A stretch of 64,000 nucleotides of DNA, from positions 124,001 through 188,000 of the forward strand of contig NIVC01001946.1 of NCBI GenBank assembly GCA_002269645.1, written 5' to 3'. This document shows positions 37,068 to 45,827 of this stretch, piece by piece. The translations under genes and the position numbers were made by a program. The DNA comes from Macrostomum lignano (Eukaryota). Under the pieces are notes generated by a model. It made no database searches, had not been told where the DNA came from, and worked only from the letters and a program-made list of their open reading frames with translations. How positions within the stretch are numbered: position 1 is the first letter of the stretch; the number at the start of each line of letters is the position of its first letter.

Positions 37068-37670
37068 CAAGCATTAATGTTTCACGAGTTATAGTTACAC
37101 GTTAAAAAAGTTTTTTTTGACAGTTTGCACATAATGGTAGACCCCGAAAGTTGAACGCGCTGGAGTAACCGTCTGTGTGCACACACACGCACACGAACAC
37201 TGGAAATGTTTAATCAGATTAAATATTCATGTTAGCAACTAACTGTTATTATACTATACATATACACCTGTGAACAGCGATTCTTTGCATTAGCTATGGG
37301 TAACACAGAAGCGCGAAAGCTAGCTACTAAGAATAAACAGTATAAGTCCAGTCTCTATTGAACAACATACTGTACAATATTTACAATCTGCATAGCTAAC
37401 TATGGCTATGGAAATTAAATACTACCCTCAGTACCCTCAGGTAGCATCCACTACACTAAACAAATATACATTTATACATACAAATATAATTCCTACGCTT
37501 CAGTCTGCACAGGGACCGCTGTTCCCACCTAAAATATATGCGGATCGATAAATAATTACATAATCTAATTATCTCTGCTGGTCAGGAACAAAGAGAGAGA
37601 GAGGTAGAGAGAGAGAGAAGAGAGGTCACGGCGTGTTTAAAAAAATCAAAGACTTAATTAATTTAATATG

Positions 37671-37708
37671 GGCTACCGGTTTCGAGCCTCTGGGCTCTTC
37701 GTCAGGCC
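37671..37708 (-). ncRNA. Minimal type I hammerhead ribozyme (PLE type), copy 1
   Basis: GGC-CUGACGA-A-GAGCC(CAGA)GGCUC-GAAA-CCGG-UA-GCC: conserved core, 5-bp stem II, palindromic stem III (ACCGGU), GUA cleavage triplet and 3-bp stem I. Confidence 0.82.
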
Positions 37709-38083
37709 AAAAAATCTGTGTGTCATGCAATTTAAGTTGGTCTTTTAAGTATTATTTTTCTTAGTCTGATAGAATTGATGAGTAGTTGTACATATGAGGG
37801 ATGTACATTTAAAACCCTGTTTTGCCTAGCTCTAACTTGTCCCAGAGGCTTTCCACCATTCATTTTAAACGACAGTATATTTGTTATAAAAAATTGTTAT
37901 TTCGAAGTACTATACGATATGCGATACTATACGATTAGATGAAATGCCGGTATTGGGGGTAGGAGCATAAAAATCAATATTGAGCGTACAATTAAGCAGT
38001 TTGAATAAAATAAAATAAAATAAATGACACGTGAATAAATATTGTACTTTAATAGGGTGAAAATAGCGCATTGGTTAAAATGA

Positions 38084-40319
38084 TTAAATGTTTCCTGGCT
38101 GAGACTTGAACTTATTGGGAGCCAGGAGGCTCTGTAAGTTACGTTGCCGTGTAAAAGCGGGCAGTATGCGAGAGCCTGGTTTATTTTGTAGCTTATCAAA
38201 GTTTTTAGCAATCTCGTTGGCAAGCCAGACCGTAGATGGGTGAAAAGGAAGGACCATTGGGATGGGTCGGAGAAGATGATTGTCGACCCTGATGTTCGTA
38301 CCTGGCGGTTTGTCAGTCCCTAGTTTTTTAATCCAGATTTCTTCCCTTAGTTCGATTTTGTTGTTATTAAGAACTTGATCGATAGCAATGGAGACAAAGT
38401 TTGCAATTGAGTGATTGGGGGTGAGAAAGTGCTCTGACCCCGAAGTTACGACTCTCCTGTTAATATTTGACCTGTGCTGGTTCATTCTATCTCTCATTGT
38501 TCTTCTAGTCATCCCTACATAGAAGATTTTCCCAGGGTGGCACTGGTTGCAGGAGATGCCATAGATGATGTTCTTGGAGCCACAGGACAGGCTCTGAGAG
38601 ATTAAAAAACCAGAAGCCGGTTGCAGTCCCTGGGCGGAGAGAGCAGGCGGTGAGTGGGTGCAGCATTTGCAACGGGATGACCCACAGGGATGGAACCCTT
38701 TGGGAAGCAGACCCAGATTGGTCGTTGGTCCTGCAGTCCAGTTCATAAGTATGAGGACCTCCTTTTTGCAGTTTCTAAGAAAAATCTTCGAGTAGCCTAA
38801 TTGCTTGAGTTCCGATTTTAAAGAATTGAAAGCACGGTTGAAAGACTTGTAGTCATCACAGATTCGAGCGTACCGAAGGACTTGGGATTTTACTACCCCC
38901 TTGAAGGTGTGTGACGGATGGAAGGACTGTCGGTGCAACAATCTATGAGTGTCTGTTTCTTTTGAAAACAGTTGTGTTGTGAAGCGGTTTTCAGCTTTCC
39001 TGATGGTCATGTCAAGGAAACTGACCTCAGTTGATGAGGAGCTGACGGTGAGTTTGATGTTGGGGTTGATTGAATTTAGGTGTACAACAAATTCTGTCAG
39101 AGTTTCAGCCGGGTGGTCCCAGTGAATGAAGATATCATCTATGTACCTAAAATAGATGTTCGGCTTATAAAGAGCAGTTCTCAGGGCAGTTTCCTCCCAG
39201 AGGCTCATGAAGAGACAGGCATAGCTGGGCGCAAATATGCGCCCCATGGCTGTGCCTCTAAGTTGTAGGAAAATCATTTTGTCAAATTCAAAGTCATTCC
39301 TGTACAAACACAATTCCAGTAGCTTTATTATTTCAGCATCCGGTCTAATGGGATCCGGGTATCGGTTAAAGAATTCCTGGATCGCTGCAATGCCCTGATC
39401 TATTGGGATCATGGAGTACAGACTCTGGACATCACAGGTTGCCAGAGTCGAACCTTCCGTGCAGCTTTTATCCATAAGGTGTGCCTTGAAGTCATAGGAG
39501 TCCTTAATGAAAGTGGGTTGCGCTTGGGCAATCGGTTTAAGAAAGAAGTCTATGTACTTTTCTGCCCCAATTGCTTCAGAACTACATCCGCTCACAATAG
39601 GTCTGCCTGCTGGGACCCGAAAGGGGATCAGCCAGGTGGCCGGGTCCTTGTGAATTTTTGGGAGCAGGTAGAAATGCCGGGGACGGAAGTTCTCTCCGGG
39701 ACAAAGAAATGCACACTGTTTCTTAGATATGAACTTTCTGTTACATAAATTGAGGAAGATCCCCCTAATAAGTTCCGCAGTCACGGGTTGCAATGGCTGG
39801 TCCAGCTGTTGATAGGCATCAGTGTCAAACAGTTGGTTGTAGGCTGCAAATTCGTAGTCCTTAGGGTGCATGATGACCACTGCGTTGCCTTTGTCCGCCT
39901 TTTTTATAAGGACGGAGTGTTTCGCTTGAGCCTCTGAATCGCCCTGGTCTCTGGTGCCTCTAGGTTGCTTTGATCTGTACCGTTGTCAAATTCTCTACCA
40001 GATTTTGGTTCTCAAGTACCAACAAGTTGCACTCATCCCTTCTAAGTCTGAGGGGAACCTCCTTCCCTGATTTCCCGGTGAAGGGGGGCGGGCTGGTATT
40101 GGCGAGACCCCTCTTTTTGAAAAAGTCTTTCCAGAAAAGTTTACGATGAAATTCCGTCATGCAGTTCCTCAACTCATCGAAATCAAGGGCTTGGGTTGGG
40201 ATAAAATTGAGTCCCTTATCTAGCAGCCTCGTCTCAGACTCGGAGAGTTTGAAGGTAGGGTGTAGATTTAAAATGTTGCCTTCCAGTTTGGGAGGCCTAC
40301 AGTAGTCAGCTAGTTTAAA
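38084..40319 (-). CDS. Penelope-like RT plus GIY-YIG endonuclease; no AUG at its 5' end; two apparent 1-bp frameshifts near 39915 and 39975-39990
   Basis: N-terminal NLHPTFKLSESETRLLDKGLNFIPT, SNL..PETRAI..LK, IKKADKGNAVVIM; RT GRPIVS, DVQSLY, GTAMGRIFAP, RYIDDIF, SFLDMTI; Cys linker PCGSSRCKCC; endonuclease IIYGISCNQC...YVGMT.R..RDRMNQH...HF...H...REEIWI..LGT..P.GTN. Confidence 0.9.
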
Positions 40320-42496
40320 GTTCTCAGCCAGGAAGCCAGCGCCAGTATAAAGTCCGGCGCTGAGAAGGATACAATTGGTTTAAGAGGAGGAGAGGCAATA
40401 AGAGTAACAGGTGAGAGTTTCTTACTCAGAGATTGAGTCAATTCTTCACCGCTGGCAAAGGACGGAACCAGAAGGATCTTACGTGTCAGACTGTCCGCTC
40501 TGAGTAGATCGATAGCCTCAGAGAGCAACTCTCGCCAGTGGTCTGTGCTGAGCAGCTCGTCCGGCAGGACCAGCACCGTTGACTGAGCGCATTGCCGGTT
40601 CCGCAGGGCAGCCGACCTCAGTAGGGATGGTAAGGCTGACAGTGAGTACTCATGTACCTCTGTGATTGCCGGCAGTTTGAGGCCCTCGAAAGGCTTTGGG
40701 CAGAGTACCAGGTTCCGGCAGTCCCTGCTGATGATGAGCGAAACAGGTTGCTCAAAGGTGCTGGGTGAGTCATTCAGATGCGGCCTGTGGCGTTCCGGAC
40801 CACCAGGGGAGTCTTCAGAGTCCGGCGATGGTAAGCGGCGTTTGGCAGGTGAAGCAGGCAGTCCCACCCGTGGAAGAGGCGGGGTCACAAAGAGGTCGTC
40901 AGCTGCCGACGTACAGCCGTTCTCAGGTGAGGCGACTTCGGTGGTCCCGCCTGCCGCCGGACTGCCGTCCGAAGCCGCACCCGCAGCCGCTGAGGGGTCG
41001 TTGCTGATCGTCGCATCGGCGCTCGCTGCCACGTCCCCGATGGTCGTCGCGCCGCCGTCCACTACCGAGTCGGCGTTGGTCTCCGTGCTCGTGCTTGCCG
41101 TGGGCTCATTGCTAGATGCTGCGATCGTGCTGGCTGTCGTGGTGTCGTTGTTGGAGCAGACGACCTCTGGGATCCTACGATGTTCGGCAGATTGGGCGCT
41201 CTCGTCGAGATCGACTGGTGCCATGCTTGCAGTCAGAGGGACTGCGGTGTTGGGAGTGGCTGTCTTGGTGGCACTGGGTGCAGATGGGGCCAGGGAAGCC
41301 CCGGTGGCACCGGTGTTGGGATCTTCGTGAGTCCAGCGGAAGGTCAAGTTGAATCGGCGGCCACGTTTGTGGTGTTGCGGGGGAATTCGATGAAAAAAGT
41401 TGGCCTGACAGTCGCCTGACATGGTCAGAAGACTGCCATGAAATAGATCGAGAGATAGACAAGGGGAGGTCGCTGACTTAGCTTTTAGCTCGAAGGTTCT
41501 GGTGCACCCGATTGACACTGAAGCGATGAAGGGTCGTTCGCCAAGCACGGCTTCGTCATCGGCATGCCAGCCGACGAATTGGGAGCCGTTCTGGTACACG
41601 TTGACGAGGACCGAGTTGAAGCGCTTTCCTGTCGCAGTTTCGACGGACTCGAGTAGAGGTTGGAGCCCTGAGGGGATCGGCCCGTTTGATCGTAGTTGTC
41701 GACCCGAGTAGCTGTAGTCAGGGCCGAACCAAGCAATCAGTCGTGGTTCCGGTCGTCCTGACGCTGAAGAATGCCGATAGGCTAGGGGAGCGACTTCCTT
41801 GGCCAGGAATGACTCCAGTCGATCCGCTTGGTTCTTTTGCAGAAAGAAATTGTTCAGGCTGACAGTTGACTCGTCATCTAGGTTCCAGAAGTCCGTGCCC
41901 TCCTGGCGCGGTTGAGATTCCTCCACCGAGGTCATGGTCGGTGCAGCAGCGGCAGGCGTAGCGAGTAGGTCAATAACAGAGGGGTCATTAGACAGAGAAT
42001 TCAACCGATCCAGAAATTTTGAGACGGTCGAGGCATCAAGTTTGCAGCGGAGGCCCACATGGTGGATGACTTGTCGCGCCACTGAGGCTAGATCTGGTGG
42101 TCCTTTGTCGTTACAGAGTTGTCGCAGTAGATTTTCAGACTCTTCGGTTGCCGCATCGTAGTGAGTCAGGATCTTCAGTAGTGAGCTCTCGATGTGGGCA
42201 ACATTCGCTGCCTGTAGGTCTTGTAGGAGTTTGTCGGACGCGAATGCAGGGCGAAAGGCCTGGTCCAGTGATCGTGCGGCTTGTTGAAGAGAGCCATAGG
42301 CCCGTTGTGGCTCGACAATAATAGATTCGATGACTGCCCGATGGTGGTAGCATCTCAGGAGTTTGTCCAAAAGCAGTCTGGCTTGTTTGGAGGCGTCATC
42401 CAGGTGTTCGTTCTTTCTAGGTTGTCTCCTGTTCTGTTTTTGGTAGTTACTGTTGTAGAACGTGCGACCTCTCCATCTCCTGGAGGGATTCTCCAT
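40310..42496 (-). CDS. Penelope-element ORF1 (about 728 aa) containing an AlkB-family 2OG-Fe(II) dioxygenase domain
   Basis: Uninterrupted frame with ATG at 42496, lying between the pseudo-LTR and the RT, co-oriented with the RT and inside the element boundaries. Confidence 0.88.
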   Translation of the reverse strand: MENPSRRWRGRTFYNSNYQKQNRRQPRKNEHLDDASKQARLLLDKLLRCYHHRAVIESIIVEPQRAYGSLQQAARSLDQAFRPAFASDKLLQDLQAANVAHIESSLLKILTHYDAATEESENLLRQLCNDKGPPDLASVARQVIHHVGLRCKLDASTVSKFLDRLNSLSNDPSVIDLLATPAAAAPTMTSVEESQPRQEGTDFWNLDDESTVSLNNFFLQKNQADRLESFLAKEVAPLAYRHSSASGRPEPRLIAWFGPDYSYSGRQLRSNGPIPSGLQPLLESVETATGKRFNSVLVNVYQNGSQFVGWHADDEAVLGERPFIASVSIGCTRTFELKAKSATSPCLSLDLFHGSLLTMSGDCQANFFHRIPPQHHKRGRRFNLTFRWTHEDPNTGATGASLAPSAPSATKTATPNTAVPLTASMAPVDLDESAQSAEHRRIPEVVCSNNDTTTASTIAASSNEPTASTSTETNADSVVDGGATTIGDVAASADATISNDPSAAAGAASDGSPAAGGTTEVASPENGCTSAADDLFVTPPLPRVGLPASPAKRRLPSPDSEDSPGGPERHRPHLNDSPSTFEQPVSLIISRDCRNLVLCPKPFEGLKLPAITEVHEYSLSALPSLLRSAALRNRQCAQSTVLVLPDELLSTDHWRELLSEAIDLLRADSLTRKILLVPSFASGEELTQSLSKKLSPVTLIASPPLKPIVSFSAPDFILALASWLRTLN
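40313..40319 (-). other. Candidate -1 programmed ribosomal frameshift slippery heptamer U_UUA_AAC
   Basis: ORF1 ends ACT TTA AAC TAG. The heptamer is in the correct register, and the -1 frame (TTT AAA CTA GCT GAC...) runs into the PLE RT N-terminal motifs. Confidence 0.7.
41333..41850 (-). other. AlkB / 2OG-FeII_Oxy_2 domain, ALKBH2/ALKBH3-like, catalytic residues present
   Basis: EPRLIAWFG..YSYSG...FNSVLVNVY..G...VGWHADDE..LG..PFIASVSIG..RTFEL...L.HGSLLTM.G..Q..FFHRIP....R.RRFNLTFR. HxD at 41566-41558, distal His at 41392-41390, RxxxxxR at 41356-41336. Confidence 0.93.
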
Positions 42497-42537
42497 AGTA
42501 TGATGCACGGGCACTAGAGCAAGCTAGGCATAGGCAG

Positions 42538-44028
42538 GAGAGAGGTAGAGAGAGAGAGAAGAGAGGTCACGGCGTGTTTAAAAAAATCAAAGACTTAATT
42601 AATTTAATATGGGCTACCGGTTTCGAGCCTCTGGGCTCTTCGTCAGGCCAAAAAATCTGTGTGTCATGCAATTTAAGTTGGTCTTTTAAGTATTATTTTT
42701 CTTAGTCTGATAGAATTGATGAGTAGTTGTACATATGAGGGATGTACATTTAAAACCCTGTTTTGCCTAGCTCTAACTTGTCCCAGAGGCTTTCCACCAT
42801 TCATTTTAAACGACAGTATATTTGTTATAAAAAATTGTTATTTCGAAGTACTATACGATATGCGATACTATACGATTAGATGAAATGCCGGTATTGGGGT
42901 AGGAGCATAAAAATCAATATTGAGCGTACAATTAAGCAGTTTGAATAAAATAAAATAAAATAAATGACACGTGAATAAATATTGTACTTTAATAGGGTGA
43001 AAATAGCGCATTGGTTAAAATGATTAAATGTTTCCTGGCTGAGACTTGAACTTATTGGGAGCCAGGAGGCTCTGTAAGTTACGTTGCCGTGTAAAAGCGG
43101 GCAGTATGCGAGAGCCTGGTTTATTTTGTAGCTTATCAAAGTTTTTAGCAATCTCGTTGGCAAGCCAGACCGTAGATGGGTGAAAAGGAAGGACCATTGG
43201 GATGGGTCGGAGAAGATGATTGTCGACCCTGATGTTCGTACCTGGCGGTTTGTCAGTCCCTAGTTTTTTAATCCAGATTTCTTCCCTTAGTTCGATTTTG
43301 TTGTTATTAAGAACTTGATCGATAGCAATGGAGACAAAGTTTGCAATTGAGTGATTGGGGGTGAGAAAGTGCTCTGACCCCGAAGTTACGACTCTCCTGT
43401 TAATATTTGACCTGTGCTGGTTCATTCTATCTCTCATTGTTCTTCTAGTCATCCCTACATAGAAGATTTTCCCAGGGTGGCACTGGTTGCAGGAGATGCC
43501 ATAGATGATGTTCTTGGAGCCACAGGACAGGCTCTGAGAGATTAAAAAACCAGAAGCCGGTTGCAGTCCCTGGGCGGAGAGAGCAGGCGGTGAGTGGGTG
43601 CAGCATTTGCAACGGGATGACCCACAGGGATGGAACCCTTTGGGAAGCAGACCCAGATTGGTCGTTGGTCCTGCAGTCCAGTTCATAAGTATGAGGACCT
43701 CCTTTTTGCAGTTTCTAAGAAAAATCTTCGAGTAGCCTAATTGCTTGAGTTCCGATTTTAAAGAATTGAAAGCACGGTTGAAAGACTTGTAGTCATCACA
43801 GATTCGAGCGTACCGAAGGACTTGGGATTTTACTACCCCCTTGAAGGTGTGTGACGGATGGAAGGACTGTCGGTGCAACAATCTATGAGTGTCTGTTTCT
43901 TTTGAAAACAGTTGTGTTGTGAAGCGGTTTTCAGCTTTCCTGATGGTCATGTCAAGGAAACTGACCTCAGTTGATGAGGAGCTGACGGTGAGTTTGATGT
44001 TGGGGTTGATTGAATTTAGGTGTACAAC

Positions 44029-44033
<5 letters not shown>
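42538..44033 (-). repeat. Pseudo-LTR: 1496-bp direct repeat of the PLE 3' end (37597-39093)
   Basis: Near-identical sequence. Track ORF 43024..43950 duplicates the C-terminal 308 aa of ORF 38084..39880. Confidence 0.93.
42612..42649 (-). ncRNA. Minimal type I hammerhead ribozyme (PLE type), copy 2
   Basis: Identical motif in the upstream truncated copy (offset 4941 bp). Confidence 0.82.

Positions 44034-44090
<57 letters not shown>
44034..44090. repeat. (GA)n microsatellite, probable PLE target site
   Basis: Perfect GA run abutting the PLE junction; residual GAGA on the other flank (37593-37596). Confidence 0.9.
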
Positions 44091-44094
<4 letters not shown>

Positions 44095-44214
44095 GATGCG
44101 GAGGCGCAGAGAACTTTATTTTCAAGTTGACCTCGATAGGCATAGCTACCTGAAAATTGTCGTGTTTGTTTCTCAATTGCTATTTTGTATTGACGTACAT
44201 TCGGGATAGTTACA

Positions 44215-44750
44215 GTAGGTGAAGGTTAAGCTGTAGATTAGGTGAAGGCAGATTTGTAGATTAGGTGAAGGCATAAGTTTGTAGGTTAGGTAAAGGGAGG
44301 GTTGTAGGTTAGGTAAAGGGAGGGTTGTAGGTTAGGTAAAGGGAGGGTTGTAGGTTAGATGAAGGAGGGTTGTAGGTTAGGTGAAGGGAGGGTTGTAGGT
44401 TAGGTAAAGGGAGGGTTGTAGGTTAGATGAAGGAGGGTTGTAGGTTAGGTGAAGGAGGGTTGTAGGTTAGGTGAAGGAGGGTTGTAGGTTAGGTAAAGGG
44501 AGGGTTGTAGGTTAGGTGAAGGAGGGTTGTAGGTTAGGTGAAGGAGGGTTGTAGGTTAGGTGAAGGAGGGTTGTAGGTTAGGTGAAGGAGGGTTGTAGGT
44601 TAGGTGAAGGAGGGTTGTAGGTTAGGTGAAGGAGGGTTGTAGGTTAGGTGAAGGAGGGTTGTAGGATGAAGGAGGTGAAGGAGGGTTGTAGGTTAGGTGA
44701 AGGAGGGTTGTAGGTTAGGTGAAGGAGGGTTGCAGGTTAGGTGAAGGAGG
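44215..44750. repeat. 22-23-bp G-rich minisatellite TTGTAGGTTAGGTGAAGGAGGG
   Basis: Direct inspection; contains GGTTAGG. Confidence 0.9.
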
Positions 44751-45034
44751 TCTTATCCAGCATAAAAAGCGAAGACCATTCAAAAGCTATTTTAAAAGTA
44801 TAAGACAACGAAGGAGTTTGAAAGCTAACTTCCGCCTTTTACTTCGAAGTTATATATGCAACTTTCACCATAAATACTTTAGCATTGTTTACGATTTCGA
44901 TTTAAATTGTTATACCAAAGGTCATAGAAAGCAGTAGGCGTTACCACTCAATGAAAAAAATTCAATTGATTTGAAATTACGTGTAAAAAGTAAGATATTG
45001 CATTGCTAATATAACCTAAATAATTGGTGAATGT

Positions 45035-45335
45035 AATAGAATGGATTGCTAATCTAGCCAGCATCATGGATGAAGGAATAGAATGGATTGCTAATCTAGC
45101 CAGCATCATGGATGAAGGAATAGAATGGATTGCTAATCTAGCCAGCATTATTAATGGAGGAATATAATGGATTTCTAATCTAGCCAACATAATGGATAAA
45201 GGAATAGAATGGATTGCTAATCTAGCCAGCATTATTAATGGAGGAATATAATGGATTTCTAATCTAGCCAACATAATGGATAAAGGAATAGAATGGATTG
45301 CTAATCTAGCCAATATCATGGATTAAGGAATAGAA
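45035..45335. repeat. 42-bp minisatellite GGAATAGAATGGATTGCTAATCTAGCCAGCATCATGGATGAA
   Basis: About 7 copies. Confidence 0.85.
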
Positions 45336-45827
45336 CGCATTTACTTTGGCCTCTCCTTGAACTAGCATAAAATAATGGTGACCCTTTCCAAGAGCTTCAA
45401 GAGTCCCAAATCTAGATCGAGTCGCGGATCTGAAGACACAAAAGAGCCAGCCGCAATCCCAGCTCGGTGGAAATTTTGCATGGTAAATCAGATCCGCCCA
45501 GCCTGCCAAGCCGCTTGCCACAGAAACAGGACAAGCAGGCCGAATAATATCGTACCTTATTTTTAATAACTCTTTAAAAAATAGAATATACTTCCGGTCT
45601 TTTTTTCCTGTTGGATTTAAGTGCTTTTTGCAGCCGTATAAAAAGAATCTGCACGAATTTAACGCGACCCTCTTGTTACACTTATAAGATTTCGACGGTA
45701 CTGCAGAAAAAATTGGTTAAAAATAATGGAAGCCCATGCAATGATTTAATTAAAAAAGGTTCTTTCTCGTGAAACGAGTACCAACTGCATATTGATTTAA
45801 TTAACTTTTTTCCAGAATACATCCGCC

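Larger units (their letters stand above)
37597..44033 (-). mobile_element. Penelope-like retroelement (C-terminal GIY-YIG type) as a partial tandem: 5'-truncated copy 44033-42538 followed by a full unit 42537-37597
   Basis: 37597-39093 is repeated at 42538-44033; the only difference I saw is a 1-bp indel in a G run. PLE-type RT and GIY-YIG ORF, a hammerhead motif in each copy, and flanking (GA)n. Confidence 0.92.

Noticed and set aside
37927-38223. 98-aa ORF in the PLE 3' region and its copy at 42876-43163
   Set aside because: Alternative-frame overlap with the endonuclease end and an AT-rich UTR; the two copies differ by a frameshift.
38084-40319. Naiad-type selenoprotein PLE as an explanation for the broken RT frame
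   Set aside because: The breaks are frameshifts rather than in-frame TGA codons, the endonuclease is C-terminal, and hammerheads are present.
40662-41330. 222-aa plus-strand ORF opposite PLE ORF1
   Set aside because: Antisense shadow of the Ala/Thr/Ser-rich linker.
45306-45521. Possible minus-strand exon (...GTLEALGKGHHYFMLVQGEAK followed by GTAAAT)
   Set aside because: Plausible splice signals, but no recognisable homology and no partner exons could be linked.
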